From Candidatus Methylomirabilales bacterium (lineage in GTDB: Bacteria; Methylomirabilota; Methylomirabilia; Methylomirabilales; CSP1-5), in assembly GCA_046758505.1 (NCBI GenBank), contig JBHIAH010000010.1, positions 1 through 58,964 of the forward strand: a stretch of 58,964 nucleotides of DNA, given 5' to 3'. This document shows positions 47,335-57,334 of the stretch, one piece after another; the stretch's first letter is position 1; each line of letters starts with the position of its first letter. The translations under genes and the position numbers were made by a program. A model generated the notes under the pieces. That model was not told where the DNA came from. It worked only from the letters and a program-made list of their open reading frames with translations, and did not search any database.

Positions 47335-48681
47335 TCACGTGGTGAGGAGATTGGTCAGGTCGTGCAGCTGTTTCCGGAATTTGTCGTCTCTCGCCATCAG
47401 TTCCCGGATCTTGGAACAGGCGTGGATCACCGTCGAGTGATCCTTTCCGCCGAACTCTGCCCCGATGTCCGGGAGGGAGGCGTTCGTGTTGGTTCGGCAC
47501 AGGTACATCGCCACCTGGCGGGGTAAGACGATAGACTTGTGCCGGCTTTTCGACAGGATTTCCTTTTCGTTGAGGCGGTAAAAGTCTGCAACCACTTCCA
47601 GGATGTGGGGCATGGTAATCGCCCGGTCCCCGTCCACTAACTCCCTCAGGACCTCGCGGGCCAAATCGAGCGTGATCGGCTGATTCGTCAGGGAGGCGTA
47701 CGCGACGATCCGGACGAGGTGGCCTTCGAGCTCCCGGACGTTGGATTTCACGTTCGTGGCGATGAAAAGGGATACCTCATCCGGGATCTGCACACCCTCC
47801 GCCTGTGCCTTTTTCCGGAGGATGGCCGCTTTGGTCTCCAGATCGGGAGGCTGGATGTCGGCGATCAGGCCCCACTCGAACCGAGAGCGGAGCCGTTCTT
47901 CCAGGCCCGGGATCTCCTTGGGTATGCTGTCGCTCGTCAGGACGATCTGTTTCGAGGCATTGTACAGGTCGTTAAAGGTGTGAAAAAACTCTTCCTGGGT
48001 CCGTTCCTTTCCGGCGATGAACTGGATGTCGTCGATGAGGAGGACATCCACGCTCCGATAGCGATTTCGGAATTCGATAGTCGCATCGAAGCGGATCGCG
48101 TTGATCAGATCGTTGGTGAACTTTTCCGACGAGATGTAGGAAATCCGGACCAGACTGTCTCGCCCCAGAACGAGATGGCCGACCGCGTGGAGGAGATGGG
48201 TTTTTCCGAGGCCGACGCCGCCGTAGATAAACAGGGGATTGTACACCTTGGAGATTTGCTCGGCGACCGCCAGCGATGCCGCATGGGCAAGCTGGTTTCC
48301 CGCCCCCACGACAAAGCTGTCGAACGTGTATTTGGGGTTAAGGGAGGGTGCAGGGGTGGTGCGGCGGGCGGCCCGCTTCGGCGGGGCCTTCGGGGGCGGG
48401 GGCGGGGGGCACGGGTCGGCATCGGGGATGACGAGCTCGATCTCCACCCGGGTGAACAGGAGATCCTCCAGGGCGGACCGGAGGAGTTCAAGGTAGTGTT
48501 CTTCAAACCACTCCTTGAAGAAGCGATTGGGCAGCACGACCTGGAGATGATTGCCGTGTATGGTTCCCAGGGTGAGGGGGCGGAACCAGGTTGTGAAACT
48601 ATGGTGAATCAGTTGGCGCTGGATGTTGGAAAGGGCTGCCTGCCATACGTCGTGGGACACGGAAGAAGATTGTCCGGTCAT
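47335..48681 (-). CDS. dnaA: Chromosomal replication initiator DnaA
   Basis: LNPKYTF, YNPLFIYGGVGLGKTHL, LLIDDIQF, TQEEFFHTFN, GGKDHSTVIHA; AGGAGG RBS. Confidence 0.97.
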   Translation of the reverse strand: MTGQSSSVSHDVWQAALSNIQRQLIHHSFTTWFRPLTLGTIHGNHLQVVLPNRFFKEWFEEHYLELLRSALEDLLFTRVEIELVIPDADPCPPPPPPKAPPKRAARRTTPAPSLNPKYTFDSFVVGAGNQLAHAASLAVAEQISKVYNPLFIYGGVGLGKTHLLHAVGHLVLGRDSLVRISYISSEKFTNDLINAIRFDATIEFRNRYRSVDVLLIDDIQFIAGKERTQEEFFHTFNDLYNASKQIVLTSDSIPKEIPGLEERLRSRFEWGLIADIQPPDLETKAAILRKKAQAEGVQIPDEVSLFIATNVKSNVRELEGHLVRIVAYASLTNQPITLDLAREVLRELVDGDRAITMPHILEVVADFYRLNEKEILSKSRHKSIVLPRQVAMYLCRTNTNASLPDIGAEFGGKDHSTVIHACSKIRELMARDDKFRKQLHDLTNLLTT

Positions 48682-48768
48682 CCCATCAGCCTCCTGCAAC
48701 CCTGCTCGACTATTGTTTTAGAAGAAAGTACGTACCGCTAGGTTCAGCTTGCCGCAAGGGGAGGAAAG

Positions 48769-48842
48769 CTATCCACATATTTTCCACAGCGCGCGTGGCA
48801 TCGTAACTTGCGTCTAGGCGAGAGGTCTGCGAGTTATCCCCA
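48769..48842. promoter_or_regulatory. DnaA-box-like sites upstream of dnaA
   Basis: CTATCCACA 48769-48777, TTTTCCACA 48780-48788, TTATCCCCA 48834-48842 (one mismatch each to TTATCCACA). Confidence 0.6.
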
Positions 48843-49060
48843 GAGGCGCTCGGCTTTGTCTGTCGGTGAGTCGCTTTCAAATCCGCTAGAACAGGAAGAC
48901 GGATCGAATGTGAATGCTCCTCCTTCTAGCCGACCTTCACGTTCGAGTCAAGTCCTTTTTGAAGAGAAAAAAAGTTTTTTCTGCAGTTCAAGTCTGACGA
49001 AGAGTTAGCTACGAGGACTCTCGGTGAAAATTGCAGTGATCCTGTGACGCGGCTCCTAGC

Positions 49061-49447
49061 CTACGTCCGCGGGGGCTTGGGTGAGACGGACGTTACGGAA
49101 ACCAGGAGCTCATCGAGGTCCTGCGACTTGGCCCAGTACGCTCCCCCGTGATGGTGGACTTCCGCCTCGACTTCGGTGGTCCCGTACGCGGTCATGATGA
49201 TGACGCGGGTGTCGGGGCATGCCCTTCGCACGGCCTTCAGGAGATCTAGGCCATCCGTGCTCTCCTGCCCGCGCATCCGGAGGTCAGCCAGGATGACATC
49301 AAAGTGTTGCCCCCCGATGGCTTCGAGGGCACTCTCGAGACTGGTGCAGATCTCGACCGTCACCCCGCGGCTCTTCAGGGCGTGGGCCAACGCCAGGCGG
49401 ATAGTCGGGTCATCCTCCATGATAAGGACGTGCAGGGACAAACCCAT
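49061..49447 (-). CDS. Stand-alone response regulator receiver
   Basis: LIMEDD, DVILADLRM, VIIMTAYG, WAK. Confidence 0.85.
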   Translation of the reverse strand: MGLSLHVLIMEDDPTIRLALAHALKSRGVTVEICTSLESALEAIGGQHFDVILADLRMRGQESTDGLDLLKAVRRACPDTRVIIMTAYGTTEVEAEVHHHGGAYWAKSQDLDELLVSVTSVSPKPPRT

Positions 49448-49492
49448 CAGCAGGTCTCTCTTGCCACACAGCGAGATTTTTTCAGTGCGGGT

Positions 49493-49509
49493 TGCAAGGG
49501 GCATACCAA
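49493..49509 (-). promoter_or_regulatory. sigma54 (-24/-12) promoter
   Basis: TTGGTAT-GCCCC-TTGCA with canonical GG-N10-GC spacing. Confidence 0.6.
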
Positions 49510-49635
49510 GGTGAGAGGGAAGCCCCCGTCGTTCCGGGTCTTATCTGATAGAGAGTTACGGGTCAAGCGGGTCGAGGGGATAGGCCCTGTCTGAAAAGGC
49601 GGCAGCCGAGAGGGATCCGGGTGACGCGTCTTGCC

Positions 49636-51045
49636 TCACCCTTTCAGGCGGTACCGCTTGATCTTGTCCAGGAGCGTTGAGCGGGAGATCCCCAGCAGCT
49701 TCGCCGTCTGGGTGCGATTCCCTCCCGTCGCTTCCAGTGCGTCGCGGATGTAGTTTTTCTCGAGGTCGGCGAGGGAAGTAAACCGGTCCGAGTCTCGGCG
49801 GCGCGGTCGGTGGCTTGCCGTCTGTTCCGGGAGGGAGGGGACGGCCGTGCCGGCGAGCCCCTGTAGATCCGCCGGGAGATACTCGGGAAGGATCGTGTCC
49901 CCCCGGCAGAGGATCATCGCACGCTCCGTCACGTTCTTGAGTTCGCGAACGTTGCCTGGCCAGGGATAGGCGAGGAGGATCTCCTGAGCCTGTTCGGAAA
50001 ATCCCCGAATGCGCTTTTTGAGCAGGGTGTTGAACTCCTGGACAAACAATTGACCGAGAAAAAGCACATCATGACCGCGGTCTCGCAAGGGGGGGATCTC
50101 CACGGGCATCACCTTCAGGCGGTAGTACAAGTCCTCCCGGAAGCTCCCGGCCTCCACCAATTTCTTCAGGTCCCTATTGGTGGCCGTGATCATGCGCACA
50201 TCGACCGAGATGTCCCGCAGTCCCCCGACCCGTCTGAAGGTTTGCATCTCCAGGACCCGGAGGAGCTTGGGTTGGACGGCTGCTGGCATGTCTCCGATCT
50301 CGTCCAGGAGGACGGTGCCGCCGTCGGCCACCTCCAAGAGTCCCCGCTTCATCGTTTTGGCATCGGTAAACGCCCCCCGTTCGTGGCCGAAGAGCTCTGA
50401 ATCCAAAAGATTCTCCGAGAGCCCCGCACAATTGATCTCCACAAAGGGCTTGTCTCGGCGGCTCGATTTCTGGTGGATCGCCTTGGCCATCAGTTCCTTT
50501 CCCGTCCCGCTTTCGCCGAGGAGGAGGACCGTGGTCGAGGGATTCTGGGCCACGAGCTCTATGAGCCCGTCGAGCGCGCGGATGGAGGGATGCTCCCCGG
50601 GAATGGCAGGCCCGCGGTCCGTCGCCCGTCGCCGGAAATGCTGGCTGTAATACGAGCGGATCCGATCCTTCCGGAGGCGCTCCACCGCCTTCGACACGCG
50701 GAGTTCCATCGCCGCCAGGTTTCCCTCGGCGGGCTCCTTGAGCAAAAAATCATCCGCCCCACGCTTCACCGCCTCGACCGCCTTTTCGTAGGTCCCATGG
50801 GCGGTGAGCACGATCACCGCGCTCTCGGGCTGGCTCCCCTTGATTTGTTCCAGGGCGGTCAGGCCATCCAGATCTGGCAACTTGAGGTCCAAGAGGATCA
50901 CATCCGGGGCATCCTCTCGAACCAGGTTGATCCCCTCGGACGCCGTGCCGGTCTCGAGGACCCGATACCCCTTGCGCTCGAAATGGTGCCGGAGGGTCTT
51001 CCGGATCAGGGGCTCGTCATCGATAATGATCAGTGTCGACTCCAT
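49636..51045 (-). CDS. NtrC/AtoC-family sigma54-dependent response regulator
   Basis: Receiver, GESGTGKE, GAFTDA, FREDLYYRL, WPGNVREL, Fis-type HTH. Confidence 0.95.
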   Translation of the reverse strand: MESTLIIIDDEPLIRKTLRHHFERKGYRVLETGTASEGINLVREDAPDVILLDLKLPDLDGLTALEQIKGSQPESAVIVLTAHGTYEKAVEAVKRGADDFLLKEPAEGNLAAMELRVSKAVERLRKDRIRSYYSQHFRRRATDRGPAIPGEHPSIRALDGLIELVAQNPSTTVLLLGESGTGKELMAKAIHQKSSRRDKPFVEINCAGLSENLLDSELFGHERGAFTDAKTMKRGLLEVADGGTVLLDEIGDMPAAVQPKLLRVLEMQTFRRVGGLRDISVDVRMITATNRDLKKLVEAGSFREDLYYRLKVMPVEIPPLRDRGHDVLFLGQLFVQEFNTLLKKRIRGFSEQAQEILLAYPWPGNVRELKNVTERAMILCRGDTILPEYLPADLQGLAGTAVPSLPEQTASHRPRRRDSDRFTSLADLEKNYIRDALEATGGNRTQTAKLLGISRSTLLDKIKRYRLKG

Positions 51046-51259
51046 GGCTCGCTTTCCATGAACAGTTAAAAAGAGCAGTCGGCAGTCTGCTGGAGTCGCG
51101 AGAATGCTAGAAGGCCTGGCGGCTCACCGCTCACCCCTTGCCGCTGACTGTTCACTATTGATCATTAACTGATAACTATTTCTCCCTCACGTCTGGACGA
51201 AGACCGAGGACCGACTGTTCGTTATGATGGTACACAAGAATGCGTGGCCAAGCCAAGCG

Positions 51260-52858
51260 TTATGTTCCCGCGGTTGTTATTGAGCCGTCACGGGTGCGGA
51301 GGGGAAGCTGTACCGTGAAGGTTGTCCCCTCTCCCGTGCGACTCTCTACGATGATCCACCCCCCGTGGTCTTCGACGATCCGTCGGGAAATCGAAAGTCC
51401 TAGCCCAGCCCCCCGGGGCTTGGTGGTGAAAAAGAGCTCAAAGATGCGGTCCCGATCCTCGGACGGGATGCCGCACCCGGTATCCGTGATCGACACGTCC
51501 ACCTGGTCTGCTGGCGCCGCTCCCTCCGTTCGGTGGCTCGCGGTTCCCACGGTCACCGTTCCCCCTGGGGCGGTCGCCTCTGCGGCGTTCCTCACCAGAT
51601 TCAGGATGACCTGTTTCAGCTTGTCTTGGTCCACCAAGAGAGCCGGCACGTTGGGGTCGTAGGCCTTCCGGAGCTCGAGGGAACGCTCGCGAATTTCTCC
51701 GAGGCACAGGGTGCAGCACGCGTCCAGGAGCTGGTGGAGATCCGTGGGACTCCGTTCGAGGCGGGAGGGTCGCCCGAAGAGGAGGAGGTCGCTCACCAGG
51801 GCATTGAGGCGGTGGGCTTCCGAGAGCAATCCCTCCAGCAGCTCCTGGTGTGCGGGGGTGAGATCCACTTCTCGCTTCAGGATCTGGGCCACGGAGGTGA
51901 TGCCGAACAGGGGATTCCGGATCTCATGCGCTACGCCGGCGACCACCTGTCCGATGGCGGCGAGACGGTCTTTGCGCCGCAGCTCGGCCTGAAGCTCTTT
52001 GATCTCGCCCAGATCCCGGAAGACCACGATCACCCCCTCGCGATTGCCCTGGGTGTCCGTGAGGTAGGAATTATTGAAGCCGAGGGGGATCGTGCTGCCA
52101 TCCCGGAGGCTGAGCTCGAGCTCCCGGTGACTCGTCTCGCCACGGACCTCCAGCAAGTCGCCCGCGTTGGGGAAGAGGTCGGTCAGCTTGCGGCCCAGGA
52201 GCTCCTCGGGGTGGCAGCGGAGGGTGAGGGCCCCGTGCGGGTTGATCAGCGTAATTGCTCCGCCTGGATCGGCAGCCATCAGGCCGCTGGCCAGGTGGGT
52301 GATGATGCTCTGGGTGAGCCGCTGACTCCGGTGCAGTTCGACCGTCCGCGCCTCCATGCGCTCCCGCAGCTCGCCCGCCAATGCATTCGCCACCTGGTGG
52401 AGACGGCTGAGTTCCGCGACTTTTTCCTGCAGGCTCTGGACCAGCCGGCTGTTCTCTATCAAGAGCCGGTGCCGCTCCTCGGCGCGCCTGACGGCGGGGA
52501 CGAGCGTATCCGGGTCAAGGGGTTTCGGAATATAGTCGTACGCGCCGTGTTTGACGGCCCCGATGGCGCTCTGGACGGAGGCGAAGGCGGTGATCATTAC
52601 GACCGGCGTGGCGGGGGCCACGCTGGCAAAGTGCGACAGGGCCTCGATCCCGCTCATCCCGGGGAGCATCACATCCAGCAGGATCACCGCCGGGGGATTT
52701 GCCTGGGCCAGGTCGAGGGCCGCGTGGGCGTCGGGAGCCGCCTGGACGTGGAAGCCGGCCTGGGAGAGGATGTCTGTACAGAGCTCCCGCATCAAGCGTT
52801 CGTCGTCCACGACGAGGATGGTTGGCTTCGGCGTCTCTGGAGAGGCGGTCGTCATCAT
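51260..52858 (-). CDS. Hybrid sensor kinase (REC-PAS-HisKA-HATPase)
   Basis: VVDDE receiver, PAS, AHEIRNPL, NLVRNA, DTGCGI, FFTTK, GLGL. Confidence 0.93.
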   Translation of the reverse strand: MMTTASPETPKPTILVVDDERLMRELCTDILSQAGFHVQAAPDAHAALDLAQANPPAVILLDVMLPGMSGIEALSHFASVAPATPVVMITAFASVQSAIGAVKHGAYDYIPKPLDPDTLVPAVRRAEERHRLLIENSRLVQSLQEKVAELSRLHQVANALAGELRERMEARTVELHRSQRLTQSIITHLASGLMAADPGGAITLINPHGALTLRCHPEELLGRKLTDLFPNAGDLLEVRGETSHRELELSLRDGSTIPLGFNNSYLTDTQGNREGVIVVFRDLGEIKELQAELRRKDRLAAIGQVVAGVAHEIRNPLFGITSVAQILKREVDLTPAHQELLEGLLSEAHRLNALVSDLLLFGRPSRLERSPTDLHQLLDACCTLCLGEIRERSLELRKAYDPNVPALLVDQDKLKQVILNLVRNAAEATAPGGTVTVGTASHRTEGAAPADQVDVSITDTGCGIPSEDRDRIFELFFTTKPRGAGLGLSISRRIVEDHGGWIIVESRTGEGTTFTVQLPLRTRDGSITTAGT

Positions 52859-52998
52859 CCTTCTCCCCTCTCGTACCTGCGTAACGCTATCAGGGGGCCC
52901 GCGCTTTTTCAATAGAAATGTGCCCTTCCCCCGGCGGGGATGAACGTTGACAGCGGTCCGGCGGGCCCCTATGATCGGCCTGAGGGAGGGGCGCGAAC

Positions 52999-54396
52999 GT
53001 GCGAGACCGGGTGTTCGCGGCTGTGCGGCGGGCGATCACGACGTACCGGCTTATCCGGCCGGGAGACGGGGTCGTGGTGGCCGTTTCGGGTGGGGCCGAC
53101 TCCGTCGTGTTACTCCACTGCCTGCTCCGAGTCCGCGCCACCTGGTCCCTCAGTCTGCACGTGGCCCATTTTGATCATGGCCTCCGGGAGACCTCCCGAC
53201 AGGATGCCCGCTTTGTCGAGGAGCTCGCGGCCTCGTGGGGCCTGTCTGCCACGACGGGATCCTGGGGAGCCGGGGCCCGGCGGGACCGGTCGCTCCAGGC
53301 GGAGGCCCGGCGGGCGCGGTATCGCTTTCTCGAAGAGGTGGCGTCTCAGGTTGGCGCGACAAGGATTGCCCTGGGACACCACCGAGACGATCAAGCAGAG
53401 ACGGTTCTCCTGCACCTCCTCCGGGGCTCGGGACTTCGGGGCCTGCGGGGGATGCTGGCCCTGCGAGAGGGCCGCCTGATCCGGCCGCTGCTCGAAGTGG
53501 GGCGCGAGGATATCGAGGCCTATGTCAAGGCGCATCAGCTCTCCTTCCTCGATGACCCCTCGAACCGGGACCTCCGCTACCTCCGGAACCGGATCCGCTG
53601 GCAGCTCCTCCCGTTGCTCCAGCGGGAGTATAATCCCTCGATCGCCAGGACGTTAGCGCGCATGGCGGCCCTGGTGGCGGAGGACGAGGGCTATCTCGAA
53701 GAGGATGCGGGTGAGACCTTCAATGCCCTGGTGGACTTTCAGGGGAGCACGCTGTGCATGAGTCTCAGCGCTCTTCGGGGCTTGGCCCCGGCGATTCGGC
53801 GCCGCATTCTCGAGCGGGCCATCTGGAGCGTGGCCCCCGGGGTGTATCTCACGGCTGCGCACCTCGAGGCGGTAGACAGACTGACGGCCGCCGCCGGCCC
53901 TTCGGCGGTCACGCTCCCCCAGGCCCAGCGGGCGTGGCGGTCCGGGGGCTTCCTCTATGTGGGGAGGCGCCGACGGGAACGGTGGTCCCCGGTCCGTGAA
54001 GAACTCTGCGTGCCCGGCGAGATCGCCATTCGGGAATGGGGGGTGAGGATGGAGGCGGCGATCGTCCCCCGCTCGATGGCCGATGTCCCGGGAAATGGGT
54101 CGGATCGGGTCTGTATCGACTGGAAGGAGGTCCTGCCCCCGCTCGTCGTTCGGAGTTGGAGACCGGGCGATCGCTTTCGCCCGTTGGGGCTCGGGGGCAA
54201 CAAGAAGCTGCAAGATCTCTTTGTCGATGCGAAGGTCCCCCGGGAGGAACGGGTCCGGGTCCCCGTGGTGACGGACCAGAAGGGAATCCTGTGGGTTCCC
54301 GGGTTTCGGATTGATGAGCGGGGCCGGGTTGGGGGGACGACAGTGGAGGTCCTGGTTCTCACCATCCACCGAGGGGAGGGACATCCCTCCCCCTAA
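52999..54396 (+). CDS. tilS: tRNA(Ile)-lysidine synthase
   Basis: AVSGGADS, HFDHGLR, GHHRDDQAET, RNRIR, TilS C-terminal domain. Confidence 0.96.
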   Translation: MRDRVFAAVRRAITTYRLIRPGDGVVVAVSGGADSVVLLHCLLRVRATWSLSLHVAHFDHGLRETSRQDARFVEELAASWGLSATTGSWGAGARRDRSLQAEARRARYRFLEEVASQVGATRIALGHHRDDQAETVLLHLLRGSGLRGLRGMLALREGRLIRPLLEVGREDIEAYVKAHQLSFLDDPSNRDLRYLRNRIRWQLLPLLQREYNPSIARTLARMAALVAEDEGYLEEDAGETFNALVDFQGSTLCMSLSALRGLAPAIRRRILERAIWSVAPGVYLTAAHLEAVDRLTAAAGPSAVTLPQAQRAWRSGGFLYVGRRRRERWSPVREELCVPGEIAIREWGVRMEAAIVPRSMADVPGNGSDRVCIDWKEVLPPLVVRSWRPGDRFRPLGLGGNKKLQDLFVDAKVPREERVRVPVVTDQKGILWVPGFRIDERGRVGGTTVEVLVLTIHRGEGHPSP

Positions 54397-54501
54397 GGCG
54401 CACCATTTGGTATTGGCTTCTCTATTGCATTATGCTATTTTTTGACCAGGTGGCCGCTGCCACGGTGGCGGCACTTTTTGACCCCCAAGGAGGGTTGAAG
54501 A

Positions 54502-56292
54502 TTGAGTCCTCTCATGAAAAATATGGCGCTCTGGCTGGTGATCGGTCTGAGCATGATCCTCCTCTTCAACATCTTCAATCAGACACAACCGGTCGAGAAG
54601 GAGCTGATCTTCAGCGACTTTATCGCGCAGGTCGAGAAAGGGGAGGTGGCCGAGGTAACCCTCAAGGGGTCGGATATCCGCGGCCGGCTGACGGATGGCA
54701 CTCTCTTCCGGAGCTATGCTGCGGAGGACCCCGAGCTGGTCCCGGCCCTGCGGAAGCAGGGAGTCAGAATCGCCGCCAGGCCCGTGGAACAGAATCCCTG
54801 GTACAACGTGCTCCTCTCCTGGCTGCCCATGCTCCTCTTTATCGGCGTCTGGATCTTCTTTATGCGGCAGATGCAGGGCGGAGGGGCGAAGGCCCTCTCC
54901 TTTGGAAAGGCGCGGGCCCGGCTGCTCACGGAGAAACAGAACCGGGTGACCTTTGCCGACGTCGCGGGTGTGGAGGAGGCCAAGGAGGAACTGGAAGAGA
55001 TCATTGACTTCCTGAAAGACCCTCATAAGTTTCAGAAGCTGGGTGGCCGTATCCCCAAGGGGGTTCTGCTGATGGGGCCTCCGGGGACGGGGAAAACCCT
55101 TTTGGCGCGCGCCATTGCCGGCGAAGCCAACGTTCCCTTCTTTTCCATCTCGGGCTCGGACTTCGTGGAGATGTTTGTGGGGGTGGGGGCCTCACGGGTC
55201 CGCGACCTTTTCGAGCAGGGGAAGAAGCATGCCCCCTGCATCATCTTCATGGATGAAATCGATGCCGTCGGTCGGCATCGGGGGGCGGGGCTTGGGGGGG
55301 GGCATGACGAACGGGAGCAAACCTTGAATCAGCTTCTGGTCGAGATGGATGGCTTTGAGTCGAACGACGGCGTGATTTTGATCGCCGCCACCAATCGGCC
55401 CGACGTGTTGGACCCGGCGCTGCTTCGGCCCGGGCGATTCGATCGACAGGTGATCGTGTCGCGGCCCGACGTGCGCGGCCGGGAGGAAATTTTGAAGGTG
55501 CACGCCAAGAAGATCCCCCAGGACACCGATGTGGACCTCGCGGTCTTGGCGCGAGGGACGCCGGGATTCTCGGGAGCCGACTTGGCCAATCTCGTGAACG
55601 AGGCGGCCCTCTTGGCGGCCCGCGAGGGGAAGAAGTCTGTCGAGATGAAGGATTTTGAGAGCGCCAAGGATAAGGTGCTCATGGGGGTCGAGCGCAAGAG
55701 CCTCATCTTGAGCGAAGAAGAGCGGCGGGCCACTGCCTATCACGAGGCGGGCCATGCCCTGGTCGCCAAGCTCATTCCGGGGGCCGATCCGATCCATAAG
55801 GTGACGATCATCCCCCGGGGCCGGGCCTTGGGGATTACCCAGCAACTGCCCATGGATGAAAAGCACAACTACCATCGGGAGTATCTGCTGAACAATATCG
55901 CTATCCTCATGGGGGGTCGGGTGGCGGAAGAGCTGGTGCTGGGCCACCTCAGCACCGGGGCGGGGAATGACCTGGAGCGGGCCACTGATCTGGCCCGGAA
56001 AATGGTGTGTGAGTGGGGGATGAGCGAGAAGCTGGGTCCCCTCACGTTTGGGAAGAAGGAAGAAATGGTCTTTCTGGGACGAGAAATCGCTCAGCATCAG
56101 GACTATAGCGAACAGACCGCCCAGGAGATCGATGGGGAAGTCCGCCGCTTTGTCGTGGACGCGTACGAGCGAGCCAAGGAGCTGGTCAAATCCCGGATCG
56201 AGGCGCTGCACGCCTTGGCCGCTGCTTTGTTGGAACGGGAGGTGTTGGAGGGTCCGGAGATCGATGGCATTGTCAGCGGGGCATTCGCCTGA
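54502..56292 (+). CDS. ftsH: ATP-dependent zinc metalloprotease FtsH
   Basis: [27 protein letters not shown]. Confidence 0.98.
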   Translation: MSPLMKNMALWLVIGLSMILLFNIFNQTQPVEKELIFSDFIAQVEKGEVAEVTLKGSDIRGRLTDGTLFRSYAAEDPELVPALRKQGVRIAARPVEQNPWYNVLLSWLPMLLFIGVWIFFMRQMQGGGAKALSFGKARARLLTEKQNRVTFADVAGVEEAKEELEEIIDFLKDPHKFQKLGGRIPKGVLLMGPPGTGKTLLARAIAGEANVPFFSISGSDFVEMFVGVGASRVRDLFEQGKKHAPCIIFMDEIDAVGRHRGAGLGGGHDEREQTLNQLLVEMDGFESNDGVILIAATNRPDVLDPALLRPGRFDRQVIVSRPDVRGREEILKVHAKKIPQDTDVDLAVLARGTPGFSGADLANLVNEAALLAAREGKKSVEMKDFESAKDKVLMGVERKSLILSEEERRATAYHEAGHALVAKLIPGADPIHKVTIIPRGRALGITQQLPMDEKHNYHREYLLNNIAILMGGRVAEELVLGHLSTGAGNDLERATDLARKMVCEWGMSEKLGPLTFGKKEEMVFLGREIAQHQDYSEQTAQEIDGEVRRFVVDAYERAKELVKSRIEALHALAAALLEREVLEGPEIDGIVSGAFA

Positions 56293-56296
56293 GGCC

Positions 56297-57175
56297 TTGG
56301 TCCGTCCCGGCAATCGGCTGCCCCCACTCCGGTGTCGGCGGTTCTGCCTTGACGTGACGGCTCGGACACAGATCATGGGGGTCCTCAATGTGACCCCCGA
56401 TTCTTTTTCTGACGGGGGATTGTACCTCGACCCGGGTCGGGCGGTCGCGTATGCGCAGGAGATGGTCGCGGCGGGAGCTGATCTGATCGATGTGGGGGGG
56501 GAGTCAACGCGGCCGGGTGCGGAGCCGGTCTCGGCCGAGGAGGAGCTGCGTCGGATCCTCGTCCCTGTGAGACGCCTCGTCGAAACGCTTCCCGTGCCCA
56601 TCTCGGTGGATACGTACAAGGCGGACGTGGCGGCCGTGGTCTTGGATGGGGGGGTCGACCTCATCAATGACATGAGCGGTCTCAGCTTCGATCCCCGGAT
56701 GGCGTCGGTCGTGGCGGAAGCCGGGGCCGGTCTCGTGTTGATGCACATTCGGGGAACGCCCCGGACGATGCAGGAGGATCCGAGGTACGCCGACGTGGTC
56801 CCTGAGGTGCGAGAGTATCTCCGGGAGCGGATCCTCGTGGCCGAGGCGCGCGGAGTCCGTCCTGAGGCCATCGTGGTGGATCCGGGGATCGGCTTCGGGA
56901 AACGCGTCGAACATAATCTCGACCTCCTGAACCGCCTGCCGGAGCTTCAATCCCTGGGTAAACCCCTCCTGGTCGGGCCGTCTCGAAAGTCCTTCATCGG
57001 CAGCGTCCTGGATCTTCCCCTGGAGGAACGGTTGGAGGGGACGGCAGCGGCGGTCGCCATCGCCATTTGGCAGGGGGCCCATATCGTTCGGGTGCACGAC
57101 GTGCGGGCCATGGCCCGGGTGGCCCGGATGACGGATGCCATTCGGAAGGAATCGAAACCGGGTCTGGAATCTTAG
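56297..57175 (+). CDS. folP: Dihydropteroate synthase (start approximate)
   Basis: MGVLNVTPDSFSDGG, GGESTRPG, DPGIGFGK, SRKSFIG, RVHDV. Confidence 0.96.
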   Translation: MVRPGNRLPPLRCRRFCLDVTARTQIMGVLNVTPDSFSDGGLYLDPGRAVAYAQEMVAAGADLIDVGGESTRPGAEPVSAEEELRRILVPVRRLVETLPVPISVDTYKADVAAVVLDGGVDLINDMSGLSFDPRMASVVAEAGAGLVLMHIRGTPRTMQEDPRYADVVPEVREYLRERILVAEARGVRPEAIVVDPGIGFGKRVEHNLDLLNRLPELQSLGKPLLVGPSRKSFIGSVLDLPLEERLEGTAAAVAIAIWQGAHIVRVHDVRAMARVARMTDAIRKESKPGLES

Positions 57176-57334
57176 GCTGATCCTGGCGTCGCGGGACCAT
57201 TGACATCGCCGGGCGCCAGGAGGCTGTTCCGGTCGAGGGGCTGCCGGAGCCGCGCGGGAAAGACGTCTGGATTCCCGATTGGCGTGCAGGCGGCGTCACC
57301 AGCCGGCGTCACAGAGGAAGGAGGGGCGAGGTTC

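Noticed and set aside
48796..48812. sigma54-like TGGCAT...TTGC upstream of dnaA
   Set aside because: GG to GC spacing is 11 rather than the required 10
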